Shown here in pieces: positions 12,871-25,230 of a stretch of DNA of 43,641 bases; the stretch's first letter is position 1, and the number at the start of each line of letters is the position of its first letter. The stretch lies in the NCBI RefSeq assembly GCF_001194135.2, contig NC_068983.1, positions 138,620,873-138,664,513 of the forward strand, read 5' to 3'. A program made the position numbers and the translations under genes. The notes under the pieces are model-generated. The model was not told where the DNA came from and searched no databases. It worked only from the letters and a program-made list of their open reading frames with translations. The DNA is from Octopus bimaculoides (Eukaryota).

Positions 12871-13251
12871 NNNNNNNNNNNNNNNNNNNNNNNNNNNNNN
12901 NNNNNNNNNNNNNNNNNNNNNNNNNNNNNNNNNNNNNNNNNNNNNNNNNNNNNNNNNNNNNNNNNNNNNNNNNNNNNNNNNNNNNNNNNNNNNNNNNNNN
13001 NNNNNNNNNNNNNNNNNNNNNNNNNNNNNNNNNNNNNNNNNNNNNNNNNNNNNNNNNNNNNNNNNNNNNNNNNNNNNNNNNNNNNNNNNNNNNNNNNNNN
13101 NNNNNNNNNNNNNNNNNNNNNNNNNNNNNNNNNNNNNNNNNNNNNNNNNNNNNNNNNNNNNNNNNNNNNNNNNNNNNNNNNNNNNNNNNNNNNNNNNNNN
13201 NNNNNNNNNNNNNNNNNNNNNNNNNNNNNNNNNNNNNNNNNNNNNNNNNNN
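12871..13251. other. Assembly gap (N-run) flanked by (TA)n
   Basis: N characters. Other gaps: 17669-17678, 20171-20201, 29589-29835, 30986-31192, 32214-32700, 33698-34190, 35859-36744, 38034-38434. Confidence 0.99.
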
Positions 13252-13597
13252 ATATATATATATATATATATATATAGTTGAAAAAAACAATAACAAAAAA
13301 ACAAAAAAACAACAAAGTGAGGACGTGATATGGATAGTATTATTGGACGCTCAGGAAAGGAAAGAGAGAATATATATATATATATATATAAAACATTATG
13401 TTGTATAAAATAAGTACTACTAATAGTTTCATCCCATTAACACATGTGGTTAGGCAGGTTTTTATATGATGCCTAACCGCGTCTCTTAATCTCAAGAAAC
13501 TATTAGTAGCAGTTTATTTTAGTACAGGGAAATATGTTTATCACTGACTGGTGTAGTTCTTCGTTGATTTTTACCTTAACAGAAAAGCAAACTATGT

Positions 13598-13629
<32 letters not shown>

Positions 13630-13680
13630 ACAGATAGACAGATAGGTAGATAGATACATACATTCACAAATACATAGATA
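13598..13680. repeat. (TAGA)n microsatellite
   Basis: Directly visible. Confidence 0.9.
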
Positions 13681-16600
13681 AACCTGAAGTCTGGAGATAT
13701 GTGTGTGCATTTATGTGTGAAAACGCGTCAACTTTTTGATAGCTTGTTGGAGTCACGTTCAGAAAATTCAATGTTCTTTCCCTCCACTGTGCGTTCAGAA
13801 ATATACACACATTCATGTTGCTCCAAGTTCCTCACAGGGGGCTTTTATCTTCCCAAAACTACTTAGTTACCTAGATCATTTTACGAGCGCATGGTACATG
13901 CTACCAACCAGCACTCTATTTTATGTGTATGTGTGTGTATGTATATATGTGCGTGTGTGTATGTCTGCATGTGCGTGTTTGGATAAGTTATCGCCTAATT
14001 GTTTTCCGCTTAATAAGTTTCCCATATCAATAAATTAACCTATCACTCTCTGTATGTCACATGGTTATATATTTTATCACAGTAATGGCGTTGGTATACT
14101 ATTTGATGCTTTATAATATCATGAACTTTTCAAAATTGTGAGCATGTACATTTATTACAATTGAAACAAATAGTACACTTGTCCATTATCAGGAGGATGG
14201 TATCTGTATATTATAGACATGATCTATAGAAAGCATAACAGATACGTCCCATGTTTTCATTGTAGAGCAATGCTAGTAAAGACAAGATTTCTTAGACGAT
14301 TCAGTAATTGTGGGATTTTGATTGTTAGGTGTAGTTCCTTGACTCGTTTCTCTTTAACTGGAATGAGGTACATAGTCTGTAAAAAATGTTGTCTGACCTG
14401 TGACTAAACTGCTAGACTTTTTTGTTTTTAGTAAATAATTTTATTACTTTTTCCTATTTTATTAAAATCATTTCAATTAAATTTAATGATCAGCTAATCT
14501 TTTTATTTTAGCAAAGGTAAAAAATTTACAAAATGTATGTAAACAAAACAAAATTTATTGAAATAATATTTAATTAAATTGAAACAAGATAATTTCATTA
14601 AAGAAAATGAGATGTAGAAAAGTTTGCTAGGGAATTACTATAAATTGAGTAATGAACATTTGTTTTATAGTGTGACTTTCTGTGAATTGTAAATATTGAT
14701 TTCTAAAGATACTAAATTAAAAGAAGTTGAACACAATTTATTGTCATTGTAGTTGCAACGTGAATTTCAAAATGACTGTTAATGAGAGATTCTAAAACTT
14801 GTACTTTTCCTGAAAACTATTTGTGGCAAAAAAGCTACGAGCAATAAATTTAACCGGAAGTTGAAATAGCTTTCGATGGCTAACTTCTTACTGTACCTAC
14901 CACACTATGAAAATTGAGCCTCAAACATATTACTTTGAACAGAAACAAAAATTTCGAAATAACCGTCCTCGGTATTGTATGCATATCTATTACATATATG
15001 GCAAGCAAGTTGTTGACGTGTTTCTCCAATCAATGAGGTTTCATTATAGAGTTGCCAGGTGGATAAATTTTGACGATTCAAAATAGTAGTAAAAGGGGAA
15101 AACAGGTCCATTGTCAATATGTAACATTACATGTAATATATTCAATTATATTCGGCTTGATGCTATCACTCATTATCTTTATCTTTAGGCCAGAGTTTAT
15201 TCATTTACAAAACACATTTGTTATGATAATAGTTTTGGCTGAAATAAGGTAGAAAAAGTATCAGTTTAGCTTTAAGCACATCCTCCCACAATACATTAAT
15301 AAAATTGTTGAATTTGTAAAGCGTAAGGGGTATTTCTCTGTTTCTTATAATAATGTTTGCGATATTTAGTCAGCATATGTAAAGAATTTAACACCACCAA
15401 CAGGTTTTAAATACTTTTTATGAGTAAATACCTGTTTTAGAAAAAATTAAGAATAGAAATTTCTATGTGAATATCATAATTTGGCAGAATAAAACAGTCC
15501 CTCATATTGACGTGAAGCGTCACCTTTCTTAACTCTTACACCAAGGATCATACAACCTCCTGGCGTCTAATACCTCTTAATTGATAAGTATGTCTTCGCA
15601 TATTATATAGCATGACTATTCCACGATATTCAATTATGATATAGCATTACTTTATCTTTCTGTCTACGCGGATTATTTTAACAATGAGAGTAGTTTTTAG
15701 TGACTCCATTGAAGTGCTTTTTTAAAAATCTTTCCTTGGTGACTACTGAGAATATTTACGTTTGAAGGGCATGGCCCAGTATATTCTTTTTCTAGCCTTA
15801 GTGATTACTATCTTTTCTGATCACGTTTAATTTGATACATAATTTAAAGATTGTAAGCAGCTTTGATCTATATTTTAAGTAGATGTCTCGTGCCTAGACA
15901 TTTATTTTGCGTCGCTAGTCTCGGAGACCACTTGCAGGTGTTAATGGTGTATCTGAAGAGTACATTAAAATGGAATTAAATATTATTCGGTCGCAAAAGA
16001 AAAATCGAGAAACGATGCTGTAATTGTAACGTTTTCTAACTCAGACAATATATAATCAATGATAATACTTTTTAAATTGTGTTTCCGATCAAATATCAAG
16101 AACAACAGTAATATTCAGTTATTTATTGAGAATAATTATTTACTATCTTTTATTTTATTGCCTTCTCTTTCATACATTATGCAGGTTAACAGTTTTGTTT
16201 TCTTTCCATTTTCATGCCTGACATCTAAACGAATAGACATTAAAGTGTTACGTGCTCCTGGAAACAGCGAATGCATGATGAATTGTTTGCTGTCTGGAAG
16301 AAATTTGGGTACTAAAGTCGTCTATAAATTTTCATGTCCGACAGTTGTAAAGGCAAATTCAAGTAACATAAAATAGATGAACATGCACACTGCAATAGCC
16401 GCTGGTTTGTAAATTCTATATTCAGAATACTTTACATAATTCTAAAATTTATGGTCTGACAGAGAACATATCAAATGAAGACATTGGGAATTTTTCAGTT
16501 AACTTTCCATTTATCAGGAAAATATAATGAAGCAAGTCGAGAAAAACTAATCATTAATATCTTATCTATTTTTATGGAGTCTGCAACATCCTTTTGTATC

Positions 16601-16919
16601 ACATGGTTTCACCTGGTTTATTCCGTCAAAAGTAATTGGCCTGTTCGTTGACATTAGATTCAGGACAAAAAATAGAAATCAAAGAATTGAATGTTGAATT
16701 TAGAAAAGAAGGAGGGTAAAACACAGTGCCAATTATGGAAATACATGGAATTTCATGAATGATTGCTGTTCACAATGTAATGATAATTTTGCTTACATGT
16801 CAACATTATCTGTGAGGCGTTCAACGAAGAATTGCTTATAAACTCTGATATATAATTATAGTTTTAAACTTATCATGCCTTGATACTGCAAATAACAAAA
16901 CAACAATTATTACGGAGGT

Positions 16920-17085
16920 GTACATACATACATGCATACATAAATATATACATACATACAACATAGATACAAATATACATACATACAAACATACATACAT
17001 ACTTATATATATGCATACATATATACACACGTAAATACAAATGTATATACACCTATATACATAAACACACACACATATATGCATT
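16920..17085. repeat. Degenerate (TACA)n microsatellite
   Basis: Directly visible. Confidence 0.85.
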
Positions 17086-18609
17086 GTATCTCAGAGGGTT
17101 ATTAAGGTATTATGCATTCTTATAATGTTCTTCATCACCTCGGATCATTCAATAGATGTTAATTACTTGCGAAACTACTTGCAAATCTTTTCATTCCGGT
17201 TATCCGCAGGGTAGTAAAAGTAAACATTTTTTTTAGAATCCTTTACCATAAGCTTCAATTTATATGCATTAACCAGCTGTTTGGTTCTATTATTTATCCA
17301 TTTAAATTAACATATAGACAGAAGGCCACTCATTGTAAAGAAGGACAATATTCTTGAAGATTTAAATTTGAGAAAAACAAAGGTATCTAAACTATCGAAT
17401 GAATCAATTAATTCAGTTTCTTTAGTATCATTGATGGTAGATTTGGCGAAAGAAAAGATTTCACGGTGAAATATATGTCAATGACCGTATATTTAATTAA
17501 TTTATTTAAACAACTGCAATTGCTATAATTCACCCCCTTTTATAGTATGTATGTATGTATGTATGTATGTATGTATGTATAATACCTGTATGTGTGTATA
17601 TGTATGTACGTATGTACGTACGGATGTGTGTATGTGCATATGTATATATGTTTGAATGTATTATTCTTNNNNNNNNNNATGTACGTATGTACGTACGGAT
17701 GTGTGTATGTGCATATGTATATATGTTTGAATGTATTATTCTTGCTGCAATAATGGCAACACGAAATTCTTTCATCTTTTAGCTCTGATAAAATATTTGA
17801 GAAAAATTATATTAATATATCTTGTCTGTTGAAAATGCCTATTTATTGCAATTAAAAATAGCACTGTATTTAAATTGATGTAATGCTTGCATTGTTCAAT
17901 TAAATGGAGCCGCTTGAAACGGTCGTGTTGCACTAATGCTTGACACTCTGTTACTTATTTTGAATTTATTGACCTTGCTTCCAACTCTGCGGATAATACC
18001 GGACTGACTTGGTGCCTCAACTTAAGTACCTGATTCAACTGAAACTTAATTATTTCTTAAATGTATATATTGAAACAATTGGAGTCAACAAGAAGGAATA
18101 CGGATGGATAGTTTTTTTTAATCACTACAAATGTTTCCACGCAACGTAGTTCTCCAAAGATACAGGTATTTGATTATGCAACTGTTTGTGTGTATAATGA
18201 GATCCGCTAATATTCTAGTGTTGTCTCCGTTAGTTTAAATTCTTCAACTACTGGGCGATCCCTCCGTCCGTCTTGGTGCCTGCCGGTAAAGACAAGTTGT
18301 TTGCTGCCAGTGTGCGTTTGGCAGACTGCTGTAAATGGTAGTGGAGGGCCATTTTGCTACCAGTTGATCATTGATCTGTTCGTCATGGTTCGCTGCACAT
18401 GTGAATTTCACTAGCTGACCATTAATATTCAGTGGTTGGATACACACGTACATGCTCACACAGACTCACACATACTCTCCAACACACACGCACGCACACA
18501 GACACTCACACACATATATCTACTTACCTCGAACCTTGCGTGCGAACTTTCGCCCTATCACTCTCTTATATATAAGTATATACATGTTCGTACAAATATG
18601 TACATATCT

Positions 18610-18633
18610 ACACGTACATGCACATATACATAT

Positions 18634-18704
<71 letters not shown>

Positions 18705-18825
18705 CACAGACACATGTGTATATATAGGTGCATGCACGTAGATAAATACATATGTGCACACACATACTCATGCGGGTGGACGAGCTTTATACTGTATTGT
18801 GCCACGTTCCTAACGGAATATACCA

Positions 18826-18905
<80 letters not shown>
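18610..18905. repeat. (CA)n(TA)n and long (TA)n microsatellites
   Basis: Directly visible; source of six spurious ORFs. Confidence 0.95.
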
Positions 18906-18907
<2 letters not shown>

Positions 18908-19270
18908 TCGGTTCTTACCTATACTGCATACAATAATGGGGGCTGAACATAATATGTATAATATGCCAACATTTGTCTAGGAAAGAAAACATTCAGCCAA
19001 CTCTGCAGAAGTGTTTCAGAATACAGTTCATTATTTGTCTCCATATAGCATTTAGTTTTACCCAAGAATATTCACAATTTCCCCCAAGTTTTCACGAGTT
19101 ATTCCTCTAATGCATGACGTTTGTGACTACTGGAATGATGCAACAAAACAGAAGAGCCAGCTTAAAAACTGCAGCTCACAATGTTGCCAGCATCCTATAT
19201 TTACTAACAACTGTATAATACAAAAATTATTGAAAATTAAAAGTACCCCACAGAAATCCGTAATACAGTA

Positions 19271-19688
19271 TTATCTTCTATCTTTTACTTGTTTCAGTCA
19301 TTAGACTGCGACCATCCTGGGGCAGCGTCTTGAATTTTCAGTTCGATTGAATGAGTCGGCCCCAGTACTTCTTTTTAAAGCCTGGTACTTACTCTATCGT
19401 AGCCTTTTGCCGAACAACTAGGTTACGGGGATGCAAATTGTCCCGATTGTCAAGCGGTGGTGGTTCTTATTGGAGCAAACACACAGAGGCACACGCACAC
19501 ACACGCGCGCGCGCCTCCATATATATATATATATATATATACACACGGGCTATATTTGGTAGATGGGCTTCTTTCGATTTCCGTCTACAAAATCCACATA
19601 CAAGGCAGCTGCCAAAGGTGCCATGCATTGTGACTGAACCCAGAACTATGCAGCTGGGAAGCAAGCTACTTACCACGCAGTTACACCT
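19271..19688 (-). mobile_element. SINE family A, full length with short central microsatellite and a small internal deletion in the head region
   Basis: The reverse complement reads aggtgtaactgcgtggtaagtagcttgcttccc..gggttcagtcacaatgcatggcacc (tRNA-like head), then gtagacggaaatcgaaagaagccc, then (TA)(GC)(TG) at ~19490-19545, then a 3' half ending ccccaggatggtcgcagtctaatgactgaaacaagtaaaagata. Confidence 0.85.
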
Positions 19689-19691
19689 TCT

Positions 19692-20170
19692 GTAATGATT
19701 TACATATTGAAAATTCTGGAAGAGCTAGTACCTAATTTTGACATTGAGTGTTATACAATTGTTCGAGCTGTACATCATTGTATTGTACTAAAAGTAGCGC
19801 CACCCCCATCTAAAGTCAAGACAATGTACTGCGGTAGCTTAGGTTTCTAAGGCCCACACCTCTTCAATGCTCTGCCAAACAAATTAAAACTTACAAAATA
19901 TAGACACAGATGTCTTCAAAAGGGAACTGGACATTCTCCTCTGCGCAATACCGGATAAACCAACGACCTGGCATAAGGTACAGATGAAGACAATAGATTT
20001 AAACACCCTCATATACCAAATGGGCCAACAACTCCTGGCAAAGCCCACACAGGAATGGAGATATGAAATCGCACCACCCTGAGCAATCAGCCCAAAAAGA
20101 ATATGGGAAAAGACAAAATCATGTCGGTGCTCCAGGATGACCACAGTCGCATTGCTAAAATGAATACAAG
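19692..20170 (+). mobile_element. CR1/L2-group LINE, 3' end of ORF2 plus 3' UTR and tail
   Basis: Translates IYILKILEELVPNFDIECYT..PPSKVKTMYCGSLGF*GPHLFNALPNKL..VFKRELDILLCAIPDKP..NTLIYQ. It overlaps in homology with 41440-41600. It ends gtcggtgctccaggatgaccacagtc..aatacaag at the gap. Confidence 0.8.
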
Positions 20171-20201
20171 NNNNNNNNNNNNNNNNNNNNNNNNNNNNNN
20201 N

Positions 20202-20247
<46 letters not shown>

Positions 20248-21223
20248 GATGTCTTTGAGCATGTGCGTGTATATTATATATTCACATTTGCAACACGCGT
20301 GATCTACCAATGCTTCAAACATACGGCATCCCGGCTGCTTTGAACTAAATGCGCTGAAAAATGTGATTTTCGAGTAACGATTTATTTCGCTTTTCGATAT
20401 AGTTCCTAACTGCGGAGTAGATAATAAATCTGAATGAGAATATTAAAATTGTATAAACCGCGAAGAATTCATTTTTTAAGAAGTAATCTTCCCAAATTTC
20501 TAAGAAATTCTCATAGCATTATGGATTCCTTTTTGTCATAATGGGAGGAATTGCCTTTACGCTCAATGCGAGATAGATGCTCTGTTTAATAAAAGAGGAC
20601 GTTAAGAACAGTTTTCAATTGATCCAGTTCTCACATCAGAGACCAGAACTGTATTCCTATTGTTGAAATGCAATATTGATTTCTTTTCAATAGTCAATCG
20701 ATCAATAATCTAAGGAAGCGGTATTTATTCAAATAAATCATTCAACAATATTACATGTAAGCTTGACATGCTTGAGATAATAGCCAAATTTTCCTTAAAT
20801 CTCACCCCAGCTTATTACATGTGCACAGGGTACATTAAATGCTGTAGGGTTACATATCTCTAAAAATCCCAGTGGCAATGGTTGGAATCCCCAAGATCAC
20901 AGGAAGTCTCGATTAGTGTAACTTGTAATAAAATCAATATTAACTATTTGGAAGAGTATTTTTGTTTACATTTTAGTAATTTTTCAAAGGTAGATGAATG
21001 AGAGACCTGATCTGAATTGAGACAAAACGGTCATAAGTATTTTTAAGTCACCCCTGTGACTATTATATATTTCTAGCAATATCACCAGTCTTCAAGTAAA
21101 GATTACTCTCCACCAGTCAAAGACATTTTCTACGTAAGAAGTACTTATTTATAGATCCAAGACGAATGTAAATCAAAACTTCGCTGGATGTAACTAAATT
21201 CGTAATGTACAAGTACTTTAACA

Positions 21224-22064
21224 CGAGGTGCATTCCACAAGTTTTGAGACTTTTTTTTTTTTGTAGAAGCAGTTATTACTGCCCTAGATTATTCTAATTC
21301 TAGTATATTATTACTATACATCAGATATAAGCTGACTTATCAATTTTTTCTTTTTATTCCAGACTGAAGGAGACGATTGTAACAGAACTTCGAACATCCC
21401 CCACGAAACATTGCTTGTTACAGCTGACTAGCTTGCAGATTGCAGTCTGGACATGAAGACAACTTGGAAGCTTGCTATTCAAGAGAGTCAAGAGAATCAA
21501 GAAGGCCAAGCAAAGCAAGTACACCGGACAGCTCATGATGATCACATTTTTCGATAGCAAAGATATCATCTACACCCACTGGATCCCCTCTAGCTAGACG
21601 TTCAACAAAGAGTACTTAATGGCGGTTTGAGGGCGTGCAGGAAGAGAATATCATCAGAAGATGCCAGAGCTCTTCTACTCAGGTCGGAGGTACCTGCACC
21701 AGTACAATGCGCCTGTTCACAGTTCTATCCTTGTAAGCAAGTATTTGACAGAGATTGGCATCAAAACTTCCCTCACCCTTCCTACGGTCCAGGCTGAACT
21801 GTTTATGACTTTTGGTTGTTTCCCAGGCTGCAGTAGAACCTCAGTTTTGAAGACATTAAAAAAGATGTAGAAGAATATGACAGTAGTCCTGAACGCCTTC
21901 AGTTTGGAATACTTCCATGGGGCCTTTTTTAAAGTAACTGAAGCACTAAAAGAAGCGCATTGAAGTCAGAGGATCCAAATTTAAAAGAGATTAGAGTTTC
22001 GTAATTCTCTGAAATTAATAAAAGTCTCCCCCGAAAAGTATCAAAACTTCTTGAATGCACCTCA
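21224..22064 (+). mobile_element. Internally deleted mariner (Tc1/mariner) DNA transposon with both TIRs
   Basis: Left end (ca)cgaggtgcattccacaagttttgagactt versus reverse complement of right end (ta)tgaggtgcattcaagaagttttgatactt; TA at 22065-22066. The interior translates KKAKQSKYTGQLMMITFFDSKDIIYTHWIP..NKEY..YLHQYNAPVHSSILVSKYLTEIGIKT..PHPSYGP..YDFWLFP..KKRIEVRGSKF, with stops and frameshifts. Confidence 0.92.
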
Positions 22065-22396
22065 TACATCTAATCTAGTGTTCTTACTTCTTCACTAGAC
22101 CATCATAATTTGACTGCTGCTATACACTTTTACGTAGTAGGCAGATATTAAATACAGTTATGTTTCTAGATACCTTTTCAATAATTTTATAAACTATTTC
22201 ACTTGGAATACTTAGTAACACATCCATGCAAATGAGTCCTTCACATACAAACATTAATGAGTCGTTCGCATAGTTGTATAAAAGTTGGATGGTTATACAA
22301 GCAAGAATGGAAACCTGTTTTTGTTTCAGTATGCTATTTCAATTGTTAATGTCTTGCCCTAGAGCTTCGAAAATCGGAGTATCCTAATATATTATT

Positions 22397-22576
22397 GTTT
22401 CAAATTTTGATAGAAGGTCAGCAATTTCGGGGAAGTGGGTAAGTTGATATCATTGACCACAGTACTCAACTGGTACTTATTTTATGGACCCCGAAAGGAT
22501 GAAAGGCAACGTTTAACTCGACGGAACTTGAACTCAGAACGCTAGGTATTTTGCCCGGCACAGTAACGATTCCACC
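22397..22576 (-). mobile_element. SINE family B copy
   Basis: gtttcaaatttt..cagcaatttcgggg..agtactcaactggtacttattttatggaccccgaaaggatgaaaggca..ggaacttgaactcagaac..ttttgcccggc; reverse complement of 2412-2588. Confidence 0.85.
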
Positions 22577-22865
22577 AAATTTTATCAGAGCAAGGATCAT
22601 AGAAACGATACAACGAAAATTCATTTCGAATCTGTAGTCAATTAAATTGTTCCCAATACTTTCCTTCTGTTTTATTCGCCAGCTCAGATCTGCGGCAGTT
22701 CAATCAGGAAAATTATTCTAGCCTTCCCACATTTATTCGTGTTTTAACCTGTGTCTCTACATCTACGTCATCCAATATCGCTTTTGATTATTTTGAGATG
22801 GCGACGAATGTAATTTCTGGATGATATGTTTGTTATATCTGAAAATCGACTATGTGTGGTAAATA

Positions 22866-22935
22866 AGAACTCGGCAGAATTTGAAACCAGAATCTAAAGA
22901 AATGTAACCTAACACAAGGCATTTTCCAACTGATC
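22866..22935 (-). mobile_element. SINE family B head fragment (degenerate)
   Basis: ctcggcagaatttgaaaccagaatctaaag..caaggcatttt resembles the head of the other family B copies. Confidence 0.45.
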
Positions 22936-23897
22936 TACTGTCACTTGACTTTCTAAATTATCTAAGAGTAAATGATTGTTTATTTTACGGTAGTCTAGTG
23001 AGATAATCATAAACATCTACTGCGACGTGAATAACAGAACGCTATTAAGGTATTTTCCTTTAAATGATCCGATAAAATGTCCAAAAATAGTCTTAGGCAT
23101 TGTGATGATAATGCCGAAGATAACATTTTAGAAAAAGCTGAAAGATCAAGTTCTTTTCTATGCAACAAAAGTTGCATCAAATAGATGTTATTCTTAGATC
23201 ACTTAAGAAATGTATGACAGCTATGTGAACATGATCTTTTCGAATACTCAGGCATTGCATTCTTAGTTGGTCGACTGCAGTGTCAGTATGGCTTTATTCC
23301 ATAGACAGTGTTGTAATTTTCTGATCCTCTCGAATAAAGATAACAGCAGCTGTTTGATCCGTTAGAAATATCACGGAAATATCTTACAAGTGAGTAACAT
23401 CCGAGAAAAATGGGCACATTGAAGTCTAATGTCTATTTCATAGTCCCAAAAATTCATATACACGCACGCGCGCACGCACACACGCACACAGACACAGACA
23501 CAGACACACACACACACACACACACACATTATCAATCGAATCGCTCATGCAAAATGTATGTCTTGTTCATACGCCAAATTTGCTGCGGGATAATATTTAG
23601 GGATACTCTCTAACAATGCTGGCTGTTAAAACACAGGCACGTTATAGACCAGATGAAACATCTCGCCTCGGATCGAATCCAAGTGTGGTGGGCACCGATA
23701 TTTCGCTATTATTGTGGCTTATTAAAGCACACACTTCAGTCGAATCAAAGATGCACTGCTTCCTCAGTCTATGACTCTATACAAATAGGGTGAAAACTAT
23801 TTAATGATGCGTCACGGTGATGCATATATGGTAGTGAATTAAATCATGAATTAAAAGCAGCTTTAAACATTAACGATGAGGCACATTCGCCGAATTG

Positions 23898-24050
23898 CCG
23901 GCAGGATATCATTTAGGGAGATTGATTAAATTGATTACATCGACTCGAGTACTCAACTGGAAGTCATTTTACCGTAGAGGATGGAAGGTGAAGTCGACCT
24001 GAGTGAATTTTCAACTCAGAACATACAGGCGGAAGAAATGCCGCCAAGGG
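23898..24050 (-). mobile_element. SINE family B copy (degenerate)
   Basis: ttgattacatcgactcgagtactcaactgg..aggatggaaggtgaagtcgacct..ttcaactcagaac..gaaatgccgccaagg. Confidence 0.7.
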
Positions 24051-24279
24051 TACTGCTAGATCACAATAAATTAGACACACACATATATGCATATAAAATG
24101 GAATCTATAGTCGAAGACGATGTATGAGTGATCAATAATTCAGTGTTGCTGAAAGAACTGCTGAAATTATTTTTGTATATTGAACAAATGTGCTTTACAT
24201 TAGATCACTAACTCCATCTAATCGACGTTGCCTGAACAGGTGCACAGTGAACTACACATCAGGTGTCGACGCTATCACA

Positions 24280-24384
24280 GACTAACGTGAGATGAAGTGT
24301 TTTGTTCAAGAACAGAATGCACAACCCGGGCCAGGAATTGAAACCAGGATCTTGAGATCATGAATGCATCACTCGGAACACTAT

Positions 24385-24385
<1 letters not shown>
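24280..24385 (-). mobile_element. SINE family D head with CORE-like domain (fragment)
   Basis: aacgtgagatgaagtgttttgttcaagaacagaatgc..ggaattgaaacc is the reverse complement of a B box followed by a gcgttgtgtccttgagcaagacactt-type CORE motif (recalled). Confidence 0.5.
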
Positions 24386-24442
<57 letters not shown>

Positions 24443-24445
<3 letters not shown>

Positions 24446-25230
24446 GTTACATGCAGGAGTCGCCAAGGTCTCGGTTCTTCCCACTTACAACAATGGAAGC
24501 AGGCGAACATAAAGCAGAGGAGGGCCATGACCCAAGCAGAAGTGCAGAATCCGGAGGAAGAAAGAAGAATTTCAAGAGATGTTGAGCTGGTATCTCACGG
24601 TGCCTGGACTAAATGGGACCTCCTTAAGAGGAAGATCACATGGAAAGACCTGTGGAGACTGGAACCTTTCTGTATTTCCTTCTTGGTGTGGGTGGTATAT
24701 GACACACCTTCAAGGCCAACAAACCTGCACTGATAGGGTTTGAGAGAACAGCTGTGTAGACTTTGTGGAAAAAGGGGCACACTAGCACACATCTTGTCAG
24801 GGTGCAGAAAAGCACTCTCTCAAGAATGATGCAAGTAGTACCATCGCAGGATGCTTGCTACACTCGCTCTCGCCCTGGAACACGAAAGGTTCAACAAACA
24901 TCATTAGAGAGAAGCAACAGCAGCAATTAAGTTTGAGAAAAGTGGGGAGAGGCCAGTAATTGCAGTAGAAAAACACATAATTTGCTGCATGGACCCCAAT
25001 CAGGATGTGAAAATGGACCTGGGGAAGAGAGACTGCAATTTACTCAGGTCGTCCTTTAAATCCTGAGACCAGATATGGTTCTGTGGTCTGAAAAGAACAA
25101 GAAAATGATCTTGATTAAGCTCACAAGAAGTGTGGAATCAGTTCACGAATTGACGCGTGCCAAGTACGTGAGCCTTCTGCACTATTGCCAGGAGAAAGGT
25201 TGGCCGCTATGGGTTTCCCGGTTGAGGTTG
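24443..25230 (+). mobile_element. HERO-like (R2 superclade) non-LTR retrotransposon, C-terminal region with CCHC knuckle and restriction-like endonuclease
   Basis: Translates QEVQNPEEERRISRDVELVSHGAWTKWDL..ITWKDLWRLEPFCISFL..VYDT..PTNLH**GLREQLCRLCGKRGTLAHILSGCRKALSQE..YHRRMLATLA..LRPDMVLWSEKNKKMILIKLT..AKY..LL..CQEKGW. The CxxC..H..C and RPD..(E/K)L motifs are colinear. Multiple stops; both ends truncated. Confidence 0.85.

Noticed and set aside
12803-13408. Long ORFs containing X (also at 29.4-29.9, 30.9-31.3, 33.6-34.3, 35.8-36.9 and 37.9-38.5 kb)
   Set aside because: They are open only because N-runs contain no stop codons.
17603-17743. Identical ~65-bp duplication around a 10-N gap
   Set aside because: Same assembly-overlap signature.
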